This document shows positions 26,590 to 39,144 of a DNA stretch of 64,000 nt, one piece after another. Under the pieces are notes generated by a model. It saw only the letters and a list, made by a program, of their open reading frames with translations. It did no database searches and was not told the DNA's origin. A program made the position numbers and the translations under genes. The first letter of the stretch is position 1. The number at the start of each line of letters is the position of its first letter. Origin of the DNA: Lama glama (taxonomy: Eukaryota); the NCBI GenBank assembly GCA_028534125.1, contig CM052817.1, positions 30,816,001 to 30,880,000 on the forward strand. The letters are read 5' to 3'.

Positions 26590-27430
26590 AGACTGATGTC
26601 TGAATGTTTTAACAACATTCAGTTCAGGTGGAGGAGTTTTCTTACAATTTTTCTCTGCTTCATGGTCGGTTTTGGGGGGAACTGTCTGTCAGCTGACATC
26701 GTATGATTCTCATCTCTCTTTTTTTCTTACATTGGCTTTGATTGCCTCTTCTGTTCATGAGGAAATGTCTTAGATTTTTCTGAGCCAGAAGAATAGTGAT
26801 TCGTGTGGCTTATACAGTTTCTTCGCTGAAGAGGGCCTTTTTCTGTTAGTCTTGGACAGTACGGTTTCTAAAAATCAATAGTGCTTTCTTTTATTCTTTG
26901 TAGAAAGTGTTGATATAGCTTCTTACTTTGCAATTATTTCATCTTTTAGTAAGAATCTTGATTTTTCACTTTCTCCCATTTTCTTCTTGATCACCAAGCC
27001 GTTAAGGTTGTTCCTCATCTGCAGAAATAGTATCTTAACAAGACTCCAGCCTCTGGTCTTGTGTGTACTTTCAACCCCCTTCCCTTCAGTGGTCTGAGCT
27101 ACCAAGTCTTGGTCCTGTCCCCAGTGTTTCCTCTCTTACAGTGGGACTCCTTTTGTCCAGAGTTAGAGCGTTTGTGTTTTATCTGCCCTGGGCGCCCGTC
27201 GCCCTTGTCTGTCCTCCTTAGTTTCCACCTGACTCTCAGTTCCAGCGTGGGCTCCGTGCCTGGCTCCCCTGGTCTGGAAGCATTTCCCTACTTATGTGTG
27301 AACTGTAGTTGCGGTTCTCTCTGTCTCCTGGTCAGGTTATAGGCAGAGGTTATGAGTGATTTGCTCTGTTCTTCTTGGGAATCTGTATTGTTTTTTGACA
27401 AATACCCAGAGAATTGGATGTAGAAAGGCA
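26590..27430 (-). mobile_element. Degraded old L1 (L1ME/HAL1-like) fragment
   Basis: T-rich antisense L1-like composition; family uncertain. Confidence 0.35.
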
Positions 27431-27749
27431 CCCTATACCATGGGAAATGAGAATTTCAATTGTGTTTTGAAAAAATAGGTATTAATAGCCTCTTTTATGC
27501 AAAATATGGCTAGAAAAGTGTTCAAGTATCAGATATTGTGTTAATTCATATTTTTACTATTAAGTTAAAAAACCCTTCTCCCAAAATTGGTCTCAACTTA
27601 AAGGCCAACTGCATCAATAACAGTGTTCACTCTGAACCTCATTTTTGTTTCTAAGGCTGTCAGTGAACAGAGTTTCAGCAGGAAGCTAATCAATGATGTT
27701 GTTGAAACTTGTAGAAGTCCCCCAAATTTCTGTCCTTTATTTCCTCTTC

Positions 27750-28205
27750 GGGGGCATAACCCTGTTTCAGCTAGGCATTTGACTGTGCTAAGCAAAGATT
27801 ACATTTCTTAGCTTCTTCTATAGCAAAGTATGGATCATGGGACACATATGGCTCAATGGTACACAACCAAAAGCATCATGGTGTGACCTCTGTAGGGATC
27901 AGTAAAAAAAAAAAAAAAGTGAGTATACTCTTATTCACTCTTCCTTATTTCTGCTGGATGGAATACCAGTATAATGGTTGGAGCTCAAGCAGCCTTCTCA
28001 AGCTAGGAGGTGAAAGTCCCACATGTTCAAGATGGAAGAATAACAAGATAGAAGTTACTCAGTTCCTTGATAATTGTGGAGTTGTCATATCACTTTAGGA
28101 ATGCTAAATTGAAAATTGCATTTAAGAGAGATTAAGAAAAATCTGTGATTTTTAAGCCACTATTATTTTGTGTTCTGTCATTCTCAGCCAGATTTAATTC
28201 TGAGA
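27750..28205 (+). mobile_element. Old MaLR LTR remnant (MLT1J/K-like)
   Basis: 3' motif tttaagccactattattttg...cagcc...taattct. Confidence 0.5.
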
Positions 28206-31199
28206 GTGAACTGGAATCTAAAAGTAAGCAGATAGAGACAACTGCTCAGTATCAACTGTAGCTGCTAAATATAGTACTAAAATTACTTTTGGTTCATGCA
28301 AGAATAGTTCAATTCTGAATCATCAAGAATAATGCTGCTTTGTCTATCCATTGAACTGTCTACATTATATACAGTTTTCATCCATCTTCTTGTTGATGTA
28401 ATTGATTCTATATTGTAAGATACTTGATCTACTACTATCTTAATTTATAATTACCAAATTTCTTCCAACTTTGTTTCTTTGAGAAGTTCATGAATGTTTT
28501 ATAAGATTGAATCTTAGATACTTTATAATATATGTTTCTAATGAAAATAAATTTCTTTTTCATCTATTATATTTTATAATTAGTTATATGTAAGTGTTAC
28601 TATTCACTTGTATAAGTTGGTTCCGTATCCAACAACCTCATTAAACTCTCATATTAATTCTAAAAGTTGCATGTAGATAACTCAATTCTTTGTTCAAAGT
28701 GTTAGGAAAAGTCACTGTAGATTAATTTATTTACTGTGTAACAACCAGTCAGGAAGACTAATCTAGGTAGATGAGGGAGAAAACAAACAAACAAAAAATG
28801 GATAAAATAAATAAGGGGTACCCTGAATCCGTGAAAAGTTAATATACTTTAATGTACTTTGATGTACCAGAAGATATTGAGTTTCTCTGCTTTTATAAAT
28901 GAAGACAAAGATAAAAAGGATCAATCATATCCTTAAAAGACCCAGTAATTTTGATGTTTATTCCCCAGAGGTTTTCATGAACTGATCAACTGAATTATTG
29001 GAATTCACTTAGGTCAATACAGTAACTTGTTTGTGGGGAACAAGCTCACTTTAGAAGTGGGTGCTGAAACATTCTAGAATGGTCTTGGTCCAGGAATGAG
29101 CACTGCCTCTTCAGAGGCCAGCGCAGTCAAATTCCTCACTCACACCGGATGTCACAGGAGCGCTAAAGCGGCTCGCACGGGGGCTGCGGGCTGCGTCAGG
29201 TACTTCAGTGGCTGACACCACACTCTATGAAGTCTTCTACCTTAAATGAATGTCTGCTATTGACAAATGGGAGTGGATTGTATGAGCCACAAAGAATAGG
29301 CTCTCCAAGTTAAAAGATGGAAATAAATAGGAAAAACAAACCATAAATAAGTATCAAGCTTTGCGAAGAAAGTTGAAAACCTCTGCCAGATTTCATGAGA
29401 ACTTTTTCTCTTTTTTACAGTTCAAAACAAGTCTTTTCAGAGTGAGTCGATCGTTTTTCACCCTTCGACTCATTCAGAGTTCATTATATTATCACATTTT
29501 GGTAATTTAATTTTACTATATTTAATATTTTAGTGTTGCTCCAACAGAGAAGAACGAGTGTCTTTGGCCTGTGCTTGAGATCAATCATAAAGAGACATAC
29601 TGTTGTTTTCTATTCCGTGAAGGAAAAAAAATCATGGTGATTGTAGAAACCATGAGATGGGAAAGTTAATCACTGATCTTAAGCAGTTTTCTCCAGAATT
29701 AACCTCAGTGATAATGCTGAGCTGCAGAGGAAACACTTGGAGCCTTATTCAACATCAGTGCTTTTTGTAATGTGACAATCTCTGCTGCCATTTTTCATTC
29801 ATAGAAATAATCCATTCTAATAAAAACTATGATCAGAGTCATATCTGGGCCAAGAGTCAAAAATCACTCATCGATTTATAGTGAGAATTAGAGAATTCCA
29901 ATGGCAAATGGACATATGATAAGAGAATCAACTCTGCTGGCGATTGATGAGTTAACACTTTACACCCATTTGACTGAGAGTTAAGAATATGTACAATGTG
30001 GAACAATCCATGTACATTTTAAAAGGTGGACAACATGCCGTCGTTTATGAATGTATAACTTAGAGAGTGAGGATGTTCTGGAAGCTGATAACCACTATTC
30101 CAAGAATGGATGACAAATAGCACTGAGATAGAAAACAGGTAAACAGGGATTTTCCACTGTATCCATACTGAATATGGAGAATGAATACATGCTTGTTGTA
30201 TTACTCTCTATATTTCCTCATATCTGATATATCACTATAATCATTAATATTATTTTTATACCCCAAACTGGCAAGAAGCAGCATTCATCTCAGAACCCTT
30301 TACCCTATGGAGGTCTGAGTGTCTAACTGATGCCCTCCCTGGGAAATGAGAACTCCCAGAGGAAGTTGATGTCTTCTACCAGCTCATCCACGCTCTAGAG
30401 TTTACCCACAAACCTGACTTAGAAGCAGCCTGGGAACGCCACAGATCCCATGTTTGAGCCCTACAGCTCAAGCATCGCTTCTAGAATCGAATCATAGAAA
30501 CTTTCCTCAGGTTTCTCTTTATGTCTTCCTTTCTTTCCCTGGCTTACCTGCTTTCACATCTGCTTTTCCTCTTTTGACAGGAAAGAGTGGCTATGTCTTA
30601 CTCATTTTTTATTCTCTCTATAAACCTGAAATGTCTGGGCATAGAGAAATGTCTGTCACAGTACACTCTTCTTTTCTCAAAGTTAATGGAGAGAGAAAGT
30701 GGAGTCAATGGTCAATAGAGTGAGTTTCGAAACTTGGTGCTATTTATGATTTATGAGCTAAGTGATTTCTGGAAAGTTTTTTTAACAACCTCTTATTCTG
30801 CTTCATTTCCTCATTTTAAAAAGAAGAGTAGCACTTGTGGGATTCTTATGAGAATCAGAGGAAACCAAACATGTAGATGTTGATAAAAAATACTTTAAAA
30901 TATTTTATGGCACATTGCATAATTGTAGTAACCATATTAAAATCTGATAATATAATATTAAAGTTCAATTCATTGAACATAATTCTGTAAGAATCTGGCT
31001 AAGCTAATATGAAACAGTCATATAGCTTTCCAGAGTTCCACTGCATCAGATGTGAGATCTGACCCTCCCTGCCGAAGTTAGGTAAAGAAGTACCTAGCCT
31101 AGTACCTAGTTAGGTCCAGAAGTCCCTAGCCTGAGCTAGGTGTTCTATAGATGTATTGTAAGTATTAAAGTACTGAAAGAAGTTATTTTGTTTTTATTT

Positions 31200-33270
31200 T
31201 TATTCCTCTAGCCTGCTTCTATTGACTGCCTTGTAAACCTTGTAAGCAACCACGCATGAACTCATTACATTTGGGCCATTGTGAAGTCTTCTGGACTCAG
31301 TGTTGTTCATATTTGACTGTGGTCCTCCTCTCCATTCCCTCTCAGTCATTGTTCTTTAATGATGGTCCTTTGATAACTTCAACATCTATGTTGTGAACCC
31401 TGTTCCTCAAGCTCTTCAATCTAGTGTCTGTCATTTCTATCTTATTTTATATGAACATCAACATAAGTGGAATTACTCTACTTCCAAAATCAAAACCGAA
31501 GAAAGTCTCCTCTCTGAGTCAACCCTCAGGCTATAGTGTTTATTTCTTTGCTTCTTGTTCTTACTGAATCTACTCTTCATCCCAGTGTGCCTTTGATCTG
31601 GATCTTTTTCGGTTCTTTCAGACTACCACATCCATCCAAGAATTACTTGTCTTCCCACCCAAGCCTTGATCTCATGACCAGTCATTTCAGAACTGCTTTC
31701 ATCAGAGGCATAGAATTCTTTATAATCTTCAGTTTCTGTCAGGCCAGCTTTCCACTTCCCAACTCTGATTAAATCTATTATGTTATTTATCCTCCTCTGT
31801 CCTCAAATCACAAAATATATCTTCGAATCTTGTCTCTGAAGGAGCCTCTCCTAAAGAAACTTCCTTTAAAGGAGCTATCATCCTATCTTTTTTTCAGACA
31901 CCAAATATTCCCTAACCTCTTTCAATTTGACTGCTCATTCCAATATTCTTCAACCCGCTTCTTTGTGGTTTCAAAGACCTTCTGCTCACACAAACAGCCT
32001 TGGTTCACTATTGTAGCACGTCACTTCCCTACTTCTTGGCTCTCTCTTACTTTGATGGTGCTATTTCATGTTCTGCTTCCTTCTGTACAGCAAAGGCATT
32101 TTTCATACGTGTATTCTTTATCCTTTTCTGCAGTTGCTCCAATTTGACAATATTATCTATAATCACGGTCTCATTACCTGCCTCTCAACAGATGGTTCCC
32201 AAACCCATGCCCTCAGCATAGCCTCTCCCCAATTTCCTACTTCCTAATAATTCTCTCTAGAGGTTCTACCAGCAACAAAAATAAGCATGGCCTCTTCAGA
32301 TCCTGAGTTCCTCCTAAAACCTTACCTTCCCAATTTCAGTAAATGCCTTATCTATTATTCAGAGAAGCCCAGAGCCTCATGTCTATCATTTATTCCTGTA
32401 CTCTTCTACCTCACAGCCACAATTCTGTGCACCAGAACACTCCAATGTCTGTGGAAGTCTTACCCTTCTCTGAGGTTCTAATGCCCCTTCTATCTCTTAT
32501 CTGGCTTCTATGATAATGTGTTGTTAGCTGTATTTCCTGACCCTCTTGTGGATTCTTCTCTCCAGTTACATCTAATCCAACTGCTGCCAAAGAGAACTTT
32601 TCATCAAAGCATAGCTCTGATTAGATTACTTCCTCTACTCAGAAATCATCAGTGGTCTGTGTATTACAGTTTAAATTATTAAATATGAAATTTAAAGCCC
32701 CTCATGATCAAGAGCCAACTCATCTTTTCTGACCTTACGCAACTGTAGCTGCCACAGGAGAGTGATTACGTGCTCTGCTCTGAAGTTAGGTAGACCTGCT
32801 TTCAGGACTCTACTCTTGGCTCTCTACTCTTCATCATTGCCACAAATATTGATTAAGCTCCTTGTAATGTTCCAAAAATTATTTGGAAAGCTGGAAATAC
32901 ACAAGTGAGTAAGAATATAAGGTCCCAGCTCTCACAGAACTTGTACATCCTTTCAATAAGTACTTGTCAAGGGTCTACTATGTGCCAAGGAGGTCTCCTG
33001 CTATTCGGGTACAGGGGCTACAGCTGTGACTAGAACAAACAAGTAAATGAATAAGTAAGTGAGTGAATAAATAAACACGAGTACATAATATGTAAGTATA
33101 GATCATTGCGATTAGTTTCAAGATTTGAAAGGATATTGAGGGAACATCTAAGCTGCTGACATGGGTTGAAAGCCAGGGAAGAGCATTCTAAGAGATGGAT
33201 TAGCAAGTGCAAATGCCCTTGGCAAGAATGTCAAGAATGAGCTTGGATTTATTAGCGAAATAGGAAAGGA
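31200..33270. mobile_element. Long degraded L2 (+) followed by minus-strand L2 tails
   Basis: CT-rich L2 body (ctctgattagattacttcctctactcagaaa); ctactatgtgcca tail near 32975; approximate. Confidence 0.55.
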
Positions 33271-33619
33271 CTACATGATGGAAGGGTGCTGTGACTTTCG
33301 ACAAGTTACTTCCTCCGTCAACGCCTCTGTTCCTTCACCTCTGAAACGATACCAATACTGTACTTCATAATTTTGTAGTGAGGGTAAAATGAAATAATGC
33401 ATGTGATGTGCTTAAAAAGTGGCATTAAATGCTCGGTCCATGGTACCTTTTACCACCTTTGACACAATCACTGCGCTAGGACTTCATAATACAGGTCCCC
33501 CTCTCAAGTGCCCCAAACGTCCTCTCTCCTCTCCAATCTATCTTTTGTTCATGAAGTTCCTTTTTTTGAAAAAGAAATGTCATTTCCCCCCATCTTTATC
33601 TATCAAAATCCCACGCATA

Positions 33620-33866
33620 TGTTTGTTTTCTATGTCTGTGAGTCAGTTTCTGTTTTATTAAATAATTCATTTGTGTCATTTTTTTTAGATACCATGTATC
33701 AGTGATACCATATGGTATTTTTCTTTCTCTCTATGGCTTACTTCACCTAGTATGACAATCTCCAGGTCCATCCACGTTGCTGCAAATGGCATATAACTGA
33801 ATCACGATGCTGTACACCGGAAATTAACACAATATTATAAACCGACTATACTTCAATTTAAAAAAA
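33620..33866 (+). mobile_element. Short 5'-inverted L1
   Basis: Antisense segment ~33620-33791 joined to sense 3' tip (atataactgaatcac...cttcaatttaaaaaaa); degraded TSD aaaatcccacgcata (33605-33619) / aaaataccatccaca (33863-33877). Confidence 0.85.
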
Positions 33867-34308
33867 TACCATCCACATTTCAATATCGTCTCTTCCATGA
33901 ATCCTGCTCTAATTTCACCAGCCAAATCCATTTCTCATCTCTGGGCTTCCTTAATATTTCGTGAGCATCTCTTTTCTAGCCCAGATCACATTCCTCACTG
34001 TCTCACTTCCTTTACTAGGTTCTGAGCTTCTTTAGGATAGATAAAACCAAATGTTCAAATGTTTATCTTCAGCTCCAGCACCTGCACATGACATTACTTT
34101 GCCCAATTATATAAATGCCTAATAAATATTTATCAAACTGAATTGGAATTGAGTTAATTCAGTTTACCTTGGGCTTGTCACTTGAACTTTTCCATTATTG
34201 CTTAATTTATCAAGAGTGGTTTATGATTTTCTTTAACTTTTCTTTAACTTTTCCTAGAAATAATATAGGCACACTGCTCTAAAACTACACTAGTTAGGAA
34301 CTGATACA

Positions 34309-34879
34309 CAGTCAGTTCTCATTATTCATGGTAGTTATGTTTCATAAAGTTTAGCAAATACTAAATCACTGCTCCTAAGAGTAACATAGGGTTAGGCTCC
34401 TGTGAACCCCTAGTTACATTTTTGTCAACCAATCAATACATTACCTTATTCAATATGTATTGCTGCTTAAAGACACCTTATTGAATACATATTGTTGGCT
34501 CATTAACACTGAACTCACAGCCAACACCACTATAACTTATGCTTGAGTTAAGTTTATCCAGTGCACCTATTTTTCCCATCAAGCACCTCACAGCCTTGTT
34601 GCACTTAAGATTATCAGACAGCTCATCATCACTATGCTGTGGCTTAAACAGCAACATCACCAATGAAGCACACAAATATGAAAAATATGGCACTAAATAT
34701 ACTGCAACAAGACACTTGTTGGGAACATGACCTAAGCTGGGAACGTGAATATTGGCCAACTCAAATTTTTCTCTGCTCTGCAAGAGTCCACACAAGAGCA
34801 CAGAAGCACTGTAAGTTTTGATTTGGGGGTTACAAATAAATTTCCAAATACAAAGTCCATGAATAATGAGGTTTGACTA
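34309..34879. mobile_element. TcMar-Tigger non-autonomous DNA transposon (MER82-like)
   Basis: Terminal inverted repeats cagtcagttctcattattcatgg ... ccatgaataatgaggtttgact. Confidence 0.8.
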
Positions 34880-34889
34880 GATGTGCCTC

Positions 34890-35368
34890 TGTGGTATGTT
34901 GTTACAGTAATGGTCCCATGTGAAGTCCTGCTTGCCTGTATCCCCATCCCTGTGTAATTCCCTTGCACATTGACTGGCTTTGTCCAGGTGACTTGCTTTG
35001 GCCTAAAAGATGTTAGTAAATATGAAGCAATCAGAAGCATGAAAAGCCAGCCACTAGAGCTTGTACTCTTAGGATGCTGCCGCCATGTAAAGAAACCAGT
35101 AAGTACTCCTGTGCCAGAGAGGAGGGGCTGAACAGACAGCCAGCATCCACCACAAGACCTGTGAGTGAGGCCATCTTCGACCACCTGGCTGACCAGCCAC
35201 AAGATCACTGTAGCCACATAAATCACTCCAAGACGCTCAATAAGAAAACTGCCCAGCTCAGACCATCTTAAATTGCTGAGCCATAGGTTGTGAGCAAATA
35301 AAATGTTTCTTGTTTTAAGCCACTAACTATTGTGGTAATTTGTTACAAAGTAATAGACAGTTTGTACA
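34890..35368 (+). mobile_element. MaLR solo LTR (MLT1G/H-like)
   Basis: TG...CA ends, aaataaa...ttttaagccactaa; perfect 5-bp TSD gcctc at 34885-34889 and 35369-35373. Confidence 0.88.
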
Positions 35369-36584
35369 GCCTCTGTATCCCTTGAGTCTATAATTTTAAC
35401 AAGATTTTGAAAAAATTTATGTACCTCAAAGAAATCTCTAGTTTATTTGCAAGCCACCGTACTATATCATCTTTAAAAATTTAGATCTCTCATATGTTGC
35501 TTATTAGAATGACTTCTTCTAGCTTCTCAAGGAAATCAAAGGACATTATGCCATCCAGATTCATCTTAAGCAGTGTGATTGCTCAGGTTTCCCATAGGCG
35601 GCAAGGAAGAGCAATGTCCCCAGGACAATGGCTTATTCCTCTGGTATCTCCCACTGAGAGCATTTCTGCAGCAAAGACTGCTCCCTCCCTCCCTTCCTTT
35701 TTACCTTCCTTCTTCTCTCCCTGTCTCCCTCTCTTCCTCCCTCTTCTCTCTCTCTCTTTTTTCTATCTGCCACTGTAAACCAAGTCTCTTTGACCTGTAA
35801 GAGTTTTTTAAACTCTCCTTAACTTCCATTTCAGCTAGATTGCAAATTATGAGAACTAAAAATGTCTTATTTTACTGTAAGATTTCCAGCAGTGCCTACA
35901 CTAGTATTTTTCACTTGTTATGGATGCATGTGCATGCATACACAATAAATGTTGAGGTGAAAAAAAGACTAGGGACTTCTTTTTCAAAAATGGAATTTGG
36001 AATGTAGGTAGATAAGACATACGGTGCAATAAAATATGTACATAAATATATGACTATAATAATGAACTGTTATTTAATACCTTGCCTATAAACTGTTTAT
36101 AACATTTTTTATTTTGACTTTTTTTATTCTTTTATATTAAGCCTGACAGCTACAAATCATACTAAAGATTGAGGTGTTTTTATACTTATTTTGTGTAAAG
36201 AAAGAGCTATGAAAGGAATTAAGGACACGACTTTTGGAACATTCAAGAACAAACTTGTAGACTTTGAAATTTCAGGACTCTAAATGTTTCGCTTAACTGA
36301 TTTAGAAGGATTTTTGCTAAAAACCAGACTCAGCAGTAACAGACACAGAAGGCAAGTGTCAAGGGTAGACTTGAGAAGAGGGCTCAGAAAGGCCTAATTC
36401 AAGTTTGGTCAAGGAGTAGTTTGATCCTACACGAAACCCCAGCCAGCCCTTCGTTCCTTTGAGGTATTTCTCAGTAGTGAACGTTCTCCTTGTTATCATA
36501 ACCTGAATAAAATCGTCTTGATTTTTCCATTCATCTTGTCTTGAACAATAACAGGAGTGTTTGCCTATTTTTATTACCCTGGAG

Positions 36585-36752
36585 CAGACATTCTCAACCT
36601 CAGCCCATAATGAGATATTAGGAGCTCCTGGCCCCTAGAATTGTGGACTGAACTGTGTGAGATGCAAATTTCTGGGGACTAAAGATTTCATGCAGGGTGT
36701 TCATCAAATTTTCAGGCAAATGTGTGTCCTCGTAACAATTTAAGAAGCACTG
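36585..36752. mobile_element. Short hAT-Charlie-like element
   Basis: cagacattctcaa...taagaagcactg ends resemble cagtggttctcaa TIRs. Confidence 0.4.
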
Positions 36753-37559
36753 ATAAATGTTTTTCATGCTTCGGTTTGTTTTGAGTGTGGGATGGGATTA
36801 ATTCTGTGTAATTTAACTCAGAATAGCTTTATTTTCTGTTTTCTTTGGCAAGGTTCAAATTCACAGGTATTTCTTTTCTCTCTTTTGGTGAGAGAAGACT
36901 GAAGAATAGGTAAGAAGATAAGTTAATTTGCAGAAATTCTAGGTGTCTTAAGCACAGAATAATAATTCAATGTTAATTATAGGAGGTTAGACAATCTTCA
37001 TAAAACACAGTTTAGGTGAAGTGAAGGTGAAAGCACCTCTCTTAGGGATTGTAAACAATAGAGTCTGTTTCCATTTATATGGCTTCCATTGTCCTTTTAA
37101 ATTCTCATTAGCTCTGCTGATCACCATGAACTCCTGCAGCACAAGTTTATAGTTATGCAAACCTTACTTGTTTCACTTTTCCACAGAAGTTTCTTCAAAT
37201 AAATGCTTATGCACTGGGTCTGAATATGCAACCACGAATATTAATTATCAAAAATTATCACATATTTTATTTTTTCCAGATCAGGATAAATCTAGCTTCA
37301 AACCCCCATCGCAGTGCCCTGGGTGAGAATTCAATCTCATATATTTCCAGGGCTGCTCCCACTACCCAGGAGTGGACAACAGGGCAGGGATTACATCCAT
37401 TCATTCAACACCTGCTGTTAAGCCTAGTACCAGGCATATCGTGATCCTCACCATCCAGCACTGCATAAACAAGAAATAATTTTTCTCCATGGTGTTTATT
37501 TCAATCTGACAATATCATGTATCTCATTCATTTTTATTGTCGATTTCCCCACTCACTGT

Positions 37560-37713
37560 CCTCCTCCAACCTCCTGCTGCTGCTACCCACTAACCAGATC
37601 CAAAAGGAGCCCAGAGGGCATGAGAGCCCTCTGAACAGTCCATACAAGGCAGCATCCTGGGGCACAAAGGAGAGAGACTGGGTCCGGAGAGGCAAATGGA
37701 AAATATCAAACAC
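37560..37713 (-). mobile_element. LTR33-like ERVL LTR 5' part
   Basis: ccagagggca...cagtccatacaaggcagcatcctggggcaca...ggcaaatggaaaatatc; antisense similarity to the 52296 element. Confidence 0.6.
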
Positions 37714-38224
37714 ACTTTCTAACTCTATTGCATTGTGCCTTAAATAGCATCACTTTGGGTGTAGTGGGTCTTGCAAGCCTGGTTCAAGTGGAGAATACAC
37801 CTAGAACTTCCTTATTGCCAGCATAGGGGTCTGTGCCCATAGTGTGGTGGGGGAGGGAGGGGGAAAAGTGTTAAGGAGGTGAAGAAGAACAGAAGGAGAC
37901 TTCAAAAACTCTAATACATTACACATAAAGAGAGAATTGAGGTTAATGTATGCTTAATTCAGGAACCAGAGTCTGATAGTTTTTTTAAGGGAATTATCCT
38001 TGACCAGAGATATTTATATAACTCTGTGATATTACATAATATTATGTAATACTGGTTCTTTCCGTCCTTGGACTGCAACCCACAGAAACCCTCTATCAGT
38101 GAGGTTGAGTCATAATGAGATTCTTCTAGAATGATGCAGTGGACAGAGCAAAGGCTTTAAGGCAGACTCGTCTGTGTGAGATGGAGTAAATTATTTAACG
38201 CCTCAGAGGAGCCCAAGTTCTTTT

Positions 38225-38446
38225 CGGATGCAGCCACAAGGAAGGGAATGCCTAACTTCAGGAGCCACCAGAAACGAGATTTGTCAAGGAAGGGAATCCC
38301 CGCTAGAGACTCAGGAGGGAGTGTGGCCCTGCAAACATCTTGATTTCAGGATTCTGGCTTCCAGAAATGTAGGCGAATACACTTCTGTAGTTTTAAGCCA
38401 CCATATGTGTGATAATTGGTGACAACAGCAATAGGAAACCAATACA
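38225..38446 (+). mobile_element. MaLR LTR 3' half (MLT1A-D-like)
   Basis: ggagggagtgtggccctgc...cttgatttcag...ttttaagccacc...gcaataggaaaccaataca. Confidence 0.85.
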
Positions 38447-38725
38447 CTGTCCTTACAAGTGATGGCTGATTAGATTGTGCTAGCTTTCAAAGGTGACATT
38501 TGGCAAAATAATGAGGTTAGCAAAGAGGAAGAGGGTGCTGCCAGTGAACTATTTGAGTGTGTGTGTAGGGAAGGGTTGGATAACAGGAAAGAGGGAAGTC
38601 AAGTTTTGAAGTGGGCAGCGCCAACGGGAAGCTAAATGCTGCTGGAGGGGCTGCCCCCTGGATCAGTCTATAAACCACCGCCAGGAGTACAATGCTACGG
38701 TTGCTTCTGGAAAGTGATAAAAAGA

Positions 38726-39144
38726 TGTTGGTTCACAAAATCAGAAATTTACTGGTTGATATTTGAAACTGACTCCCAGAAAGAGAAGGCAAGGAGAGAC
38801 TGAATAAAGAAAGAGGCAGACCACTCCAGATTGGTAGGTGGCCGTGCTTATTAAGCAAAGAAACTTACCTGCGAAGCTTGTCTTGGGCAGCCACAAGATG
38901 AGTATATCTCCACACACATCCCCCAGAATTTGGAAACTTTATAGAGAGGCCTTTACTAGGTTCAGTTACATATTCTATCCAAACAACTTTCTCGAGGCTG
39001 CATCCTTGAAAATGGCTTTGATTCCGGGAACAATGGGTAGAAAGTACATTCCAAGGATGAGGAGGGGCTCGGGAGTCTCCAAATGCCTGGGTCCAGCTCA
39101 GGGGTCAGCCAGCAGTCACGTCTTTTCAGTGGGCTCCTCCAACA
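38726..39144 (-). mobile_element. Intact 419-bp solo LTR
   Basis: Ends tgttgg...ccaaca (6-bp inverted); 5-bp TSD aaaga at 38721-38725 and 39145-39149; TATAAA on minus strand at 38938-38943. Confidence 0.85.

Noticed and set aside
34732..35226. Longest ORF (164 aa, minus strand)
   Set aside because: Spans a MaLR LTR and a Tigger-type element; no recognisable domain
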